Position numbers and translations under genes: made by a program. From Myxococcota bacterium (GTDB taxonomy: Bacteria > Myxococcota_A > UBA9160 > SZUA-336), in assembly GCA_965247115.1 (NCBI GenBank), contig CBDFGR010000002.1:96001-160000 (forward strand): a stretch of DNA of 64,000 nt, given 5' to 3'. Shown here piece by piece: positions 20,223 through 30,037 of this stretch (its first letter is position 1; every line of letters starts with the position of its first letter). The notes beneath the pieces are model-generated. The model ran no database searches. It saw only the letters and a list, made by a program, of their open reading frames with translations, and was not told the DNA's origin.

Positions 20223-20611
20223 GGCTCGAGCTCCGCTGTGAAATCGTATGCATCGTGTCCCGGCTTGGTGATCGCGAGCTTGCCTCGCACGATCTCGACC
20301 AGCGCCGCCCACGCGCGTCGTTCGAACTCGGGGTTGGGAGCAACGTTCAGACGGTCGACGAGCGCCTGGCTCAGCGCCTTTGCGTCGCGGCCCGCGGCGT
20401 CCTCTCCGAGCACCTCCGACAGTAGCGCGACCTCGCTCGCCTCGTGGCGCGCTCCAAGCTCAAGCTCGCGCCCCAGGATCCGGCTCAGGTTCCCGGCCAC
20501 CCGCACCTGGTGCTGCAGTGGCTCCTCCCCCTCGAGCGACTGGAGCACCTCTCCTTCCAGGAGCTCCGCGATCGTCGCCAGCAGCTCCTGCGCAGTCGGG
20601 CGATCCTGCAT
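20219..20611 (-). CDS. DUF6285-like small protein (LvaB-like)
   Basis: MQDRPTAQELL...RVAGNL..ILGRE...KLAITKP; coupled to the APH kinase. Confidence 0.75.
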   Translation of the reverse strand: MQDRPTAQELLATIAELLEGEVLQSLEGEEPLQHQVRVAGNLSRILGRELELGARHEASEVALLSEVLGEDAAGRDAKALSQALVDRLNVAPNPEFERRAWAALVEIVRGKLAITKPGHDAYDFTAELEP

Positions 20612-20652
20612 GAGCGTAGTGTCACACAGCTCGGATAGACGCGTCCTGGCCT

Positions 20653-21243
20653 CTAGAAGTGGTAGGCGTACCGGATGCCAAGCGTGTCCAGTCCCTCGTT
20701 CTCGTCTGCGAGCGAGGCGTTAGACACGTGGTCGAAGTAGAGCGAGATCCGATGCCGCGCTCCCAGATCGTGGCCAATTTCGATCGGGACGTGGAACAGC
20801 ACCTGTGAGCCGAGCTGCTTCTCGTCCGAGCGCAGCGTCTCCCGCTCTCCGTCGTGCACGGCAAGCCCGAGCCCGAGCTTGAACAGCCAGCCCGAGTCCG
20901 TGCGGTAGTGCCACGCGAAGCCGCTGTAAAGCTTGCTCGTGTCACCGCGCGTGTTCACGGTGAACCCGACATACGGACGCAGCGTGCCGGAGAGGAACGC
21001 GACGTTTGCTCGACGCGTCACGAGCTCAACGTTGAGGTCGACGCCCTCCTCCGCGCGGGACCCGCTCCAGAGGCCGTCGACGTCGTGGCCGAGTACCCCG
21101 ACGCTGACCTCGTAGAGCCATCCGGTGTCGGCGTCGACCTCTGGCTCCGACGCGGGCGCAGCTGTCGCTGTGAGCGCAAAGAGCGCGAGCATGGCGCAGC
21201 GTGGCAACACGAACGTACCTCCGAACCCTTCCCCCATGTGCAT
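20653..21243 (-). CDS. Acyloxyacyl hydrolase / PagL-like outer-membrane beta-barrel
   Basis: LGSQVLF...DHVSNA.LADENEGLDTLG; terminal Phe. Confidence 0.85.
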   Translation of the reverse strand: MHMGEGFGGTFVLPRCAMLALFALTATAAPASEPEVDADTGWLYEVSVGVLGHDVDGLWSGSRAEEGVDLNVELVTRRANVAFLSGTLRPYVGFTVNTRGDTSKLYSGFAWHYRTDSGWLFKLGLGLAVHDGERETLRSDEKQLGSQVLFHVPIEIGHDLGARHRISLYFDHVSNASLADENEGLDTLGIRYAYHF

Positions 21244-21291
21244 CGGTGCTGGAGCAGCGTCGATAAAGCGAACCGGCGCTGGGGTTGCGGC

Positions 21292-21921
21292 TCAACCGAG
21301 CGGTGGGAGCTCCTCGGGGAGAACGGCGCTGCCGCGAAGCGAGGCTCTTCGGACCCGGCCCGCCTCGATCTCGAGGTGACGAGGTGTGCCGGGGTTCCTG
21401 GCGGAGGGGGTCTCGCCAAGGGTCACGATCTCCGCGTGTACCCGCCCTGGCGCGAGCTCCAGCAGCCCGACGGTACCCAGTCGCGTCTCTTTCTGGTGGG
21501 GCAGGATCGGGCTCCCCGGATTGATGAAGAGCACGTCGCTGCGGAACTCGAGGCGGTCGACGTGCGTGTCGCCAGCAACCAGGACGTCGACCTGCTCTCC
21601 GCCGAGCGCCGAGCTGCCCAGAAGCGCTTCCATCGGACGGGTCTCGGGCCGTAGCTCGTGGACCATGCCGATCCGCCAGCCCTCCACCGCCAGGAGCTGG
21701 CGCTCCGCAAGGCGTCGATCCGTGAAGAGATCGTTGTTCCCCCGGGCCACGAGTACGGGGGCGAACTGCTCACACCAGTCCAGGACCGCCGGCGCGGTCA
21801 CGTCCCCAGCGTGTAGAATGAGGTCGACCCCGCTCAGAAACTCGCCCATCTCGGGGCCGAGCTCGTCCAGGCTGTGGACGAGCGACGGAAGGTGCGTATC
21901 CGCCAGGAGCCCGATGCGCAT
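21292..21921 (-). CDS. YfcE-like metallophosphoesterase
   Basis: ADTH, HAGD, RGNND, GDTH and INPGS motifs. Confidence 0.88.
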   Translation of the reverse strand: MRIGLLADTHLPSLVHSLDELGPEMGEFLSGVDLILHAGDVTAPAVLDWCEQFAPVLVARGNNDLFTDRRLAERQLLAVEGWRIGMVHELRPETRPMEALLGSSALGGEQVDVLVAGDTHVDRLEFRSDVLFINPGSPILPHQKETRLGTVGLLELAPGRVHAEIVTLGETPSARNPGTPRHLEIEAGRVRRASLRGSAVLPEELPPLG

Positions 21922-21950
21922 TGGGCCACGCTAACACGAAGGAAGACGTG

Positions 21951-23141
21951 ATGCCCCAGCAGCGCACGGCCGCGATCGTCGGAATCTACGAGTACCCCCT
22001 CAGGCTCGCGCCTGGGGTCGATGCCATGCAGATCAAGGCAGAGTCGATTCGGGCAGCACTCGACGACGCCGGCCTCGGCTGGGCCGACATCGACGGTCTG
22101 TACGACGCGAACGATGGTGCCGGCGGCGGGGGCCTCGGTCTGGCGGCCTACCTGGGCATCCACCCGGCGGTGACGGACACCACTATGGTCGGTGGCTCGT
22201 CCTACGAGTTTCAGGTCGCGCACGCCATGCGCGACATGGCAGCGGGCAAGTGCAAGGTGGCGGTGCTGAGCTACGGATCCAAGGCGGCGTCCGGTCGGGT
22301 CGCGATCGGCACAGGGGGCCGGATGGGCGCAGGCCCGGCGACCTGGCTCTCGAACATGGAGTCGTCCTACGGGTCCACGCTGATCTCCAATTACGCGATG
22401 ATCGCGAATCGGCACATGCATGAGTACGGCACGACCTCGGAGCAGCTGGCAGAGATCTCCGTCGCAACCCGCTATCACGCCATGAGAAACCCCGAGGCAG
22501 TCAAGGCAATGACGGATCTCGAGTTCGTGGGCGTGAACGAGACCACGATCGCAGACGTGATGGAGTCGCGCATCGTCGCCGACCCCCTGCACCTGCTCGA
22601 GTGCTGCATGATCAGCGATGGCGGCGGCGCCGTCGTCATCGCGTCTGCGGAGGTTGCCAGGAGCTGCCGCAAGCCACCGGTGTGGATTATCGGAGGTGGC
22701 GAGGCGACGAAGTACATGGAGAACGGCGCCGACATGACGACGAGCGCCGGAGCCAGCAGCGCGCCGATCGCCTTCGCCGAGGCAGGCGTGACTCCCGACG
22801 AGATCGACATCGCGATGATCTACGACTCGTTCTCGATCACGGTCCTTACCTGTCTCGAGGACCTCGGGTTCTGCAAAAAGGGCGAGGGAGGCGCGTACGT
22901 CGAGGGCGGCGGGCTTCGCTACGATCGTCCCGGCCAGCCCGCGCTCAACACCGACGGCGGTGGCCTCTCCTCGAACCACCCCGGCATGCGGGGAATATTC
23001 TTGCTCCTGGAGTCCACCCGCCAGCTGCGCGGCGAGTCGACCGCGCAAGTGCCAGATGCGCGCCTCGCCGTTGCGCACGGTAACGGCGGCTCACTCGGCG
23101 GCATTCACACAGGCGGGACCGTCATCCTGGCCCGGGACTGA
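21951..23141 (+). CDS. Thiolase-fold protein lacking the catalytic Cys (SCP-x/Ltp2-like)
   Basis: VGGSS at the Cys position; ISDGGGA, IYDSF and NTDGGGLS.NHPG motifs; DUF35 partner downstream. Confidence 0.88.
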   Translation: MPQQRTAAIVGIYEYPLRLAPGVDAMQIKAESIRAALDDAGLGWADIDGLYDANDGAGGGGLGLAAYLGIHPAVTDTTMVGGSSYEFQVAHAMRDMAAGKCKVAVLSYGSKAASGRVAIGTGGRMGAGPATWLSNMESSYGSTLISNYAMIANRHMHEYGTTSEQLAEISVATRYHAMRNPEAVKAMTDLEFVGVNETTIADVMESRIVADPLHLLECCMISDGGGAVVIASAEVARSCRKPPVWIIGGGEATKYMENGADMTTSAGASSAPIAFAEAGVTPDEIDIAMIYDSFSITVLTCLEDLGFCKKGEGGAYVEGGGLRYDRPGQPALNTDGGGLSSNHPGMRGIFLLLESTRQLRGESTAQVPDARLAVAHGNGGSLGGIHTGGTVILARD

Positions 23142-23174
23142 ACGCAGGGAACTGCAGCGAAGAGAGGATCGATC

Positions 23175-23588
23175 ATGCCCAACCGCCCACAACCCCGCTT
23201 CCCCGAGCCCCACACCGAGCACTACTGGGAGGGCACGAAGCAGCGCGAGCTCCGCTACCAGACCTGCGACGCATGCGAGGAGCTCGTCTTCTATCCGCGG
23301 CTCCATTGCACAGCCTGCGGGGCGAACACGCTCACCTGGAAGGTGTCGAAGGGCCTGGGAACCGTCTACACCTACTCGATCGTGCGCCAGAATCGCATCC
23401 CCGGCTTCGTGGAGCTCGGCGCCTACGCGGTGGCCTACGTCGATCTGGACGAGGGCTTTCGAATGCTGACGAACATCGTGGGCGTCGATGATCTCATGAG
23501 CGACGTGAAGATCGGCCAGCGCGTCGCGGTCGAGTTCGAGGAGCAGGACGAAGGCGAGTACCCCATCCCGGTCTTCCGCCCCGCCTAA
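23175..23588 (+). CDS. DUF35 Zn-ribbon/OB-fold protein
   Basis: CDAC...YPR.HC..C, GTVYTYS and VDLDEG.RMLTN motifs. Confidence 0.9.
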   Translation: MPNRPQPRFPEPHTEHYWEGTKQRELRYQTCDACEELVFYPRLHCTACGANTLTWKVSKGLGTVYTYSIVRQNRIPGFVELGAYAVAYVDLDEGFRMLTNIVGVDDLMSDVKIGQRVAVEFEEQDEGEYPIPVFRPA

Positions 23589-23603
23589 CCAGGCGGAGAG
23601 CGG

Positions 23604-25160
23604 CTAGCCGGCCTGGCGAAGAGGCGGAGCTTCTGCGTAGGCGGCCTCTCGGCTCAGCAGCTCGATGTCGCGGTCGAGGCGGCCGCACAGCTCGCGGGCG
23701 TAGTCCGAGAAGGCCTTGTGGCAGAGGGCAAAGGAGATGGCGTCCTTGACCCGCGACGGTCGCCGCAGGAGCGTGGCTCCGAGCAGGCGCAGCGTGAAGA
23801 GTCCGCGGCGCAGGCCGTCGCGGAACAGCAGCACCTTCATCACGCGGGTGAAGAGCCCGACGTCGCCGGCGCGGATGGACTGTCCACGGCGGATCTGGGG
23901 GCCGCGGCCGAGGATGAAGGCCAGCGTGCGTTCGCGGTAGTGGCGGAACGTGTAGAGCTGCTCGAGCAGGCGCCGGTAGCCGCGATAGAGCTCGAGGCGC
24001 GTCATGCCCTTGGGCTCGATGTTCGAGAACTCGAACTGGTCGCCCGTGCTCTCGCTGATGAGTCGGCCTTCCTGGACCATGCGCGCGTGCAGCGGCGTCT
24101 CCGGCATGGCCTGCAGCATGCCGGTCATGGACACGGGGATGCGCGCCTCCTGGCTGAAGCGGAGCTGCTCTTCGAAGATGGCCGGATCGTCGTGGTCGAA
24201 ACCGACGATCATCCCGGCCTGCACCTGGAGCCCGTACTCGTGCACCTTGTGGACGGCCTCGACCAGGTCGCCACGGGTGTTCTGGGTCTTGCGCGTCTCT
24301 TCCAGACTTGCGACGCGAGGACTCTCGATCCCGATGAAGACGGTGGTAACGTTGGCTTCGCGCAGCAGGCCGAGCAGCTCCTCGTCTTGGCCGACGTTCA
24401 GCGATACCTCCGTGTTGAAGTCGACGGGGTAGCCGTTCTCTTTCCCCCACACGGCCATCGCGCGCAGTAGCTCCTTGGCGAGCTTCTTGTTCCCGATGAA
24501 GTTGTCGTCAACCAGGAACACCTGCTTCGCGCCCAGCCGATGGCACTCGTGGATCTCCTTCATCATCTGCTCGACGCCCTTCACGCGCGGCCGACGCCCG
24601 TAGACGACGATGATGTCGCAGAACTCGCAGTTGAAGGGACAGCCCCGCGCGAACTGGATCGTGAGCGCGTGGTAGCGATCGACATGGAGCAGATCGAAGC
24701 GCGGCATGGCCGACAGGCTCATGTCGGGCTTCTCTTTGGTCGTGTACTCGGACTTCCAGGTGCCCGCCTCGAAGTCGTTCACGAACTGAGGCCAGGTCTC
24801 CTCGGCCTCGCCGCAGAAGAGGACGTCGCAGTGCTCGCGGAGTTCCTGCGGACACAGCGAGGCGTAGGGCCCGCCGATCGCGACGAAACGGCCCCGCCTC
24901 CGGAACTCGCTTGCGATCTCACGCATGCGCCGCTTGTGAACGATGTAGCCGGTGATTCCAATGACGTCCGCTTCCACATCGAAGTCGATCTCTTCGACGT
25001 TCTCGTCGCAGACAGAGACCTCGTGCCCAGAAGGCGTAAGGCCGGCCACGGTTGGCATCGAGAGGTTCGGGAAGACGCAGCTGCGTCCGAGAGCCGGAAG
25101 GATCGAGTCGTAGGTCCAGAAGCTCTCGGGGTTGCGCGGAGTGATCAGATGAATCTTCAC
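23604..25160 (-). CDS. B12-binding radical SAM protein (class B methylase-like)
   Basis: N-terminal B12-binding domain (IGGPYAS); RGCPFNCEFC; DDNFIGN; IVGFDHD. Confidence 0.92.
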   Translation of the reverse strand: MKIHLITPRNPESFWTYDSILPALGRSCVFPNLSMPTVAGLTPSGHEVSVCDENVEEIDFDVEADVIGITGYIVHKRRMREIASEFRRRGRFVAIGGPYASLCPQELREHCDVLFCGEAEETWPQFVNDFEAGTWKSEYTTKEKPDMSLSAMPRFDLLHVDRYHALTIQFARGCPFNCEFCDIIVVYGRRPRVKGVEQMMKEIHECHRLGAKQVFLVDDNFIGNKKLAKELLRAMAVWGKENGYPVDFNTEVSLNVGQDEELLGLLREANVTTVFIGIESPRVASLEETRKTQNTRGDLVEAVHKVHEYGLQVQAGMIVGFDHDDPAIFEEQLRFSQEARIPVSMTGMLQAMPETPLHARMVQEGRLISESTGDQFEFSNIEPKGMTRLELYRGYRRLLEQLYTFRHYRERTLAFILGRGPQIRRGQSIRAGDVGLFTRVMKVLLFRDGLRRGLFTLRLLGATLLRRPSRVKDAISFALCHKAFSDYARELCGRLDRDIELLSREAAYAEAPPLRQAG

Positions 25161-25221
25161 GCCGCCAGAAAGACTAGCCCCCTCCAGCCCACGACTTTGT
25201 CGTTTTTTCGTAAAGATTCGC

Positions 25222-26457
25222 TCAGACGCCGACCACGAAGCTGACGCTGGTCGTCCCGCTGCCTCCGATGTTGAGGGTCTGGAAGGTCCGCGCCCCCTCC
25301 ACCTGGAACTCGCCGGCCTGACCCGTCACCTGCCTGTAGGCGTCGAGAAGCTGGCGGACCCCGGTGGCGCCAACGGGGTGCCCGGCGCCGATCAGCCCCC
25401 CGCTGGGGTTGATCGGGTGCTTGCCATCGATCTCGAGCCAGCCGGCGTCGATGGCCTTCCAGCTCTCTCCGGGCTCCGTGATCCCGAAGTGATCAATCGC
25501 CATGTACTCGGACGTGGTGAAACAATCGTGCGTCTCGATCCCGTCGAGGTCCTCGACGCCCGCGATGCTGGCCCGCTCCATGGCCGCGGTGATCGTGCTG
25601 CGAACGTGCGGGAGGACGTAGCACTGCTCACGGGACTCCTCGATCTTGTCCTGGAAGCGGAGGCGAGCCGTGTTGTGGCCCCAGCCCTTGATGCGCGGCA
25701 CCTTCGCGATGTCGAGACCCCTGCCTCGGGCGTAGCGCTCGGCATACGCGCGCGACGCGAGGAATACACAGACCGCTCCATCGGTCACCTGCGAGCAGTC
25801 CGAAATGCGGATCCGTCCGCCGACCTGCGGGTTGTCGTCGGAGCGAGAGAGCGCCTGCTCCTTGGTCATGTACCAGGTACGCGTCTGTGCGTTGGGGTTC
25901 AGCTTGGCGTTCGCATAGTTCAGCCTGCTGATCTCCGCGAGGTGCTCGTCCGCCAGGCCGTAGCGCTTGTCGTACTCGTCGCCGAGCTGCCCGAACAGCT
26001 TGGGGAATGGGAACTCGATGCCCTCGGCCTCCTGCTCGTACCAGGCGGCGGTGCCGAGATACGCCCCGCCCTGGGCCGCCGAGACGGTCTTCATCTGCTC
26101 GATCCCGACAACGGCCTGCAGGTCGTAGCGACCCGCCTCGATCTCTGCAGACGCGGCCAGCAGCGCTATGCTCCCCGACGCACAGGCAGCCTCGTGTCGC
26201 GCCGTCGGCAGGCCGCTGAAGCTCGGGTGCACCTCGGTAAAGAAGGCACCGAGGTGGCCTTGCATGCAGTAGAGCTCGGCCGCGAAGTTCCCTACGTGCG
26301 CGCTCTGGATCTCCTCGGGAGCGATCTCGCAACACTCGAGCGCTCCCACGACCCCTTCCCGCATCAGTGCCGAGAAGTGCTTCTGCTCCTTGGTCCAGTT
26401 GCGTGCGAAGTCAGTCTGATAGCCGCCGAGAACGTAGACCTCGGGAGTCGCTGCCAT
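25222..26457 (-). CDS. Acetyl-CoA acyltransferase (SCP2-type thiolase)
   Basis: EAACASG, HDCF and GHPVGATG motifs. Confidence 0.93.
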   Translation of the reverse strand: MAATPEVYVLGGYQTDFARNWTKEQKHFSALMREGVVGALECCEIAPEEIQSAHVGNFAAELYCMQGHLGAFFTEVHPSFSGLPTARHEAACASGSIALLAASAEIEAGRYDLQAVVGIEQMKTVSAAQGGAYLGTAAWYEQEAEGIEFPFPKLFGQLGDEYDKRYGLADEHLAEISRLNYANAKLNPNAQTRTWYMTKEQALSRSDDNPQVGGRIRISDCSQVTDGAVCVFLASRAYAERYARGRGLDIAKVPRIKGWGHNTARLRFQDKIEESREQCYVLPHVRSTITAAMERASIAGVEDLDGIETHDCFTTSEYMAIDHFGITEPGESWKAIDAGWLEIDGKHPINPSGGLIGAGHPVGATGVRQLLDAYRQVTGQAGEFQVEGARTFQTLNIGGSGTTSVSFVVGV

Positions 26458-26481
26458 CGGAATCCTCCAGGCTTCGCGGGC

Positions 26482-27810
26482 TCAGCCCGCGACGAAGTAG
26501 CGTCCAACGTTGATGTGGGGGTGGTGAAAGAAGCGCTCGGGCTCGCCGGTCCGGGCGGCCTCGACGAGCGCATCGGGAACGGGCAGCCCGGCAGCTCCAA
26601 TCATGTCAACGGCGCAGCTCGCGCCCATGGTGTCGACCAGCAGGCCCGGCGGGGCCCAGTTGAAGCCCGTCCCCATGATCCGGTCTATGCCGTTGATCGT
26701 CTCGGTCACCTCGCCCACCCGGTGGAAGGCGTAGCTGATGTAGCCGGCGATCACCTTGCGCGCGAGCGCGGCCTCCTCGCCACGGGCAGCCAGAAACACC
26801 TGCATGCCCTCGGAGTACCGCCCCTGCCTGTAGAGGGTCGCCACCTCGTCGATGTACTCGAGCGATGGCAGCTCGATCTCCGCTTCGGACCGGTATTCGC
26901 CGCTGGCCGGATCGAGCGCGAGACGTGTTTCCCCGTCCATCTTGAAGAACCCTGCGCCGGACTTGTCTCCGAGAACTCCCTGGTCGATGAGCCTGGCCAT
27001 GTAATCCGGGAGCCGCAGCGTCTCACGAGCTTCGTCGTGAGCGTTCTCGTAGACGTTGTCGACGATGGCGCGGTGAACGTCCCAGCCGACGAGATCAATC
27101 GTAGCCAGGGGCGTCAGCGCCCGGCCGGTGTACGGCCCGATGATGCGATCCACGAGCGCGGACCCGAGCTGCTCGGCCAGCTGAGCGACCTCGTTCAGGA
27201 CCTTGAAGCCGACCCGGTTGCCCGCGAAGGCCGGCGAGTCGTTCGTGCGGATGACCTCGCGGCCCAGCCGGACGCGCGCGAAGGCTTCCACGAAGTCGAC
27301 CACCTGCGGGTCTGTGTCCCGGCCGGCGATGAGCTCGGTACCGACGATGACGTTCGGCGGGTTGAACAGGTGTACGCCCAGGAAGTGCTTGCGGAAGGAG
27401 TCGGAGCGGCCCTCCGCGAGGTCGTTGATCGAGAGGCCGGAGGTGACCGTCGCCACGATCGAGTCGTCGCGGCGCACCTTCTCCACGCGATCGAACATCT
27501 GCTTCTTGATCCCGAAGTCCTCGGTCAGGGCCTCGAAGATCAGGTCCGCCTGTGCGACGGCGCTCTCGAAGTCGGCGTCGTAGTCGCCGGTCTCCGCGCG
27601 GCTTGCGAGGCTCGACGAGCGCACCTGTTGGATCGCGGCAGCCAACCCCTCCGCTGCTTTGCTCTGGCTGCGGGCCAGAAACGTGACGCGCGAAACGGCC
27701 CGTGTGAAAAGCGCCGCGCTCCCGTAGCCCATGGTGCCATTGGCACCCAGGACGACAATACGATCGATCTTGCGGCTCGCGAGGAGCTCCGTCAGGCTGG
27801 ATCCGGACAT
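26482..27810 (-). CDS. 3-hydroxyacyl-CoA dehydrogenase family protein
   Basis: LGANGTMG, HLFNPP and FAGNRVG motifs. Confidence 0.9.
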   Translation of the reverse strand: MSGSSLTELLASRKIDRIVVLGANGTMGYGSAALFTRAVSRVTFLARSQSKAAEGLAAAIQQVRSSSLASRAETGDYDADFESAVAQADLIFEALTEDFGIKKQMFDRVEKVRRDDSIVATVTSGLSINDLAEGRSDSFRKHFLGVHLFNPPNVIVGTELIAGRDTDPQVVDFVEAFARVRLGREVIRTNDSPAFAGNRVGFKVLNEVAQLAEQLGSALVDRIIGPYTGRALTPLATIDLVGWDVHRAIVDNVYENAHDEARETLRLPDYMARLIDQGVLGDKSGAGFFKMDGETRLALDPASGEYRSEAEIELPSLEYIDEVATLYRQGRYSEGMQVFLAARGEEAALARKVIAGYISYAFHRVGEVTETINGIDRIMGTGFNWAPPGLLVDTMGASCAVDMIGAAGLPVPDALVEAARTGEPERFFHHPHINVGRYFVAG

Positions 27811-27848
27811 ATCGAGATCTGTGCTCCTCTGTGCGGCCGTATCCTAGC

Positions 27849-28430
27849 CTATCCAATCGGAGACGCGGACACCGTCGCTCCGGGCGTAGTCTCCTCGATC
27901 TCCGGGACGGTGCGCGCCTCGCACTCCCACAGCGCCTCGAGCCCCTGCAGCGTGAGCCTGCGCCGCCCCGGATCCGCGACGAGCACGGTATTCACTCGTT
28001 CGGCGGCCTGGGCGAGCCACTGCGCCGTCTCGCTCTCATACAGGACGTCGCTTGCGAGCAATACGTCGCAGCCGGGGAGCACGGTTGCAGGCTCAGTCAC
28101 ACGCTCGATCCGTACACCGTTCCGAGCAGCATTCGAGGAGCACGCCTCGAGCGCGGCAGGGTCGGAGTCGCAGGCCACGACCGCGGCGGCCCCCGCCAGC
28201 GCCGCTGCTATTGCTACGACACCGGAGCCGGCGCCGAAGTCGACCACCAGCCGATCCCGAACGAGGTCGGGGTGGTCTAGGAGCCAGCGCGCGAGGACCT
28301 GTCCACTTGCCCAGCAGAACGCCCAGAAGGGGGCCCTCTCCCCCAGGAACTCGCGGGCGTCCCCGTCGAGATCAACGGAGGGGCTGAGCAGGCATAGCCG
28401 GATCTCCGAGCAGAGGGCCAGGCGCTGCAC
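27849..28430 (-). CDS. Class I SAM methyltransferase (PrmA/METTL20-like); start uncertain
   Basis: PFWAFCWASGQVLA, DFGAGSG and SDVLY motifs. Confidence 0.85.
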   Translation of the reverse strand: MQRLALCSEIRLCLLSPSVDLDGDAREFLGERAPFWAFCWASGQVLARWLLDHPDLVRDRLVVDFGAGSGVVAIAAALAGAAAVVACDSDPAALEACSSNAARNGVRIERVTEPATVLPGCDVLLASDVLYESETAQWLAQAAERVNTVLVADPGRRRLTLQGLEALWECEARTVPEIEETTPGATVSASPIG

Positions 28431-28630
28431 CTCGAGGCGGAACTCAAACCGCGCGTCCGAGTCGTGTGGGGGGTCGCCGGTTGGAACGGTCAGGCTAGAG
28501 ATGGGGACTTAACCTATCGGAATAGTGGAACTCTAGCAGGACGGGAGGGTCCGGAATCACGCTGGCACCTCGGGTTCCGGACCGTGATCTGCGTAACCTC
28601 CGCTGTCCTGGGGGCGTAGAGTGGCTGCCC

Positions 28631-29194
28631 ATGAAGCGACAGCGTCGAAGCATACTAGCCCTCCTCGCGAGCGTCAGCGCGACGCTCCTTGTGGGCGGGC
28701 TGTTCGGCTGCGCCGGTGTTGTGGCCGTCGTACGGGGAGGCAGCGACTTTCGGGTCGAGCACCCCAGCCTCCCCTCGCACAACGCCCTCTCTTCCTACCA
28801 CAGGGGGGTTCCTGCGACCGCAGAGCGCGCTCTGCTCGCCTTCGGTGAACCAGACGAGATCATCGACCTGGGTCCGGAACGAGAGCGCTGGAGATATCGC
28901 ATCGGCGTCAGACTCCACGGTGTGTCACTGCTGCTGATCGTGATCCCGCTCCCGCTGCTAGTTCCGACCGGAGTGCATCAGGGGTACATGGAGCTCGAGG
29001 AGGGCATCGTTGTACAGGTGCACGGCTCTCAGAACGCGGACGTGGCCCGGATCGGCTGCATGATCGGTCCGATCGCCGAAATGTCGGGCGACGGAGGCTG
29101 CTTCTCCAAGTGGGGAACTCCCCCTCACACGGCCCGGCTCGGCTCCGGCGAGCTCTGGCTGGGCCCGCCTCCCACCCTCCGGGAAGCCCCCTAG
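28631..29194 (+). CDS. Hypothetical membrane/lipoprotein
   Basis: Signal peptide with LFGC; FGEPDE motif; internal hydrophobic segment. Confidence 0.6.
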   Translation: MKRQRRSILALLASVSATLLVGGLFGCAGVVAVVRGGSDFRVEHPSLPSHNALSSYHRGVPATAERALLAFGEPDEIIDLGPERERWRYRIGVRLHGVSLLLIVIPLPLLVPTGVHQGYMELEEGIVVQVHGSQNADVARIGCMIGPIAEMSGDGGCFSKWGTPPHTARLGSGELWLGPPPTLREAP

Positions 29195-29601
29195 AACCCG
29201 CCTTTGCGGGCCTGCGTCGCGAGGGCCTTCTTGGCGGCGAGAATGGCGTCGTAGACCTGCTGCGACATCTCCCTCCAGAGGGTCTCTGAGCCCGGGTAGA
29301 CTGTCCGCAGCAGGTCCGCCATCACCTTGTTCGCCGCGCCTATCGCGACGGCGTCGTAGTATTTCTCCTCGACGGTCTCGAAGTTGGCGCTCTCGATGTC
29401 GGCCAGGTAGCGCGCCATCGAGGCGGCGATCCCCTCGGCAAAGACCTCGTGGTTGGCGATGATCTCCCGGATCGTCGCCTCCGCGGTTGTGTCCTTCTCG
29501 ACCGTCGCCATGTATCGAACTGGGGTCGGCACCAAGAACCGGATCTTGAGTCCGCCGGACCCTGAACGGGCCTGGAGTCCGCCCATGGCGGAGACTCCCA
29601 T
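29191..29601 (-). CDS. Hypothetical protein
   Basis: Natural amino-acid composition; 4-bp convergent overlap with its neighbour; start uncertain. Confidence 0.55.
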   Translation of the reverse strand: MGVSAMGGLQARSGSGGLKIRFLVPTPVRYMATVEKDTTAEATIREIIANHEVFAEGIAASMARYLADIESANFETVEEKYYDAVAIGAANKVMADLLRTVYPGSETLWREMSQQVYDAILAAKKALATQARKGGF

Positions 29602-29797
29602 TCACGGCATGGTCCATCCCGAGCTCGAGGCGGGGATCCGACGGACTAGTGACCAATCCTCCTCGTCCGCCGTGAGCGCGCTGCAGTGTCGCCCGGCGGC
29701 TGCAGGACAAACCGGACGACGTGTCCGGCACGGCAGGCTTCGCGCCAACATCCTGGTACGCGGCTTGCGTGAGCGGAGTCCCAGCCAGGAGGACGAC

Positions 29798-30037
29798 ATG
29801 CACAGACTGACGATCGCGGTTCTCACCAGCACAGCCCTCGCCGGGTGTGTGGTGGTCCACGCGGAGCTACCCGAAGAGCTGATGCACGACGGAACGGTCC
29901 AGGTCGACGACATTTCGTTCGGCACCGTCTGCACGCACGAGGACCAGGCCTACTCCGCGGGCGCCACGCACTGCATGTCCGCTAGCCGCATGCGCTGCAA
30001 CTCGGACGGCGCCTGGACCGACACCGGCCGCTGCTAG
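29798..30037 (+). CDS. Small Cys-rich lipoprotein (DUF1496-like)
   Basis: AGGAGG RBS; lipobox LAGC; C..ED.AYS.GA..C......C pattern. Confidence 0.6.
   Translation: MHRLTIAVLTSTALAGCVVVHAELPEELMHDGTVQVDDISFGTVCTHEDQAYSAGATHCMSASRMRCNSDGAWTDTGRC

Noticed and set aside
25378..28512. 1044-aa plus-strand ORF
   Set aside because: Antisense shadow of the thiolase, dehydrogenase and methyltransferase genes; no motifs; common in high-GC DNA.
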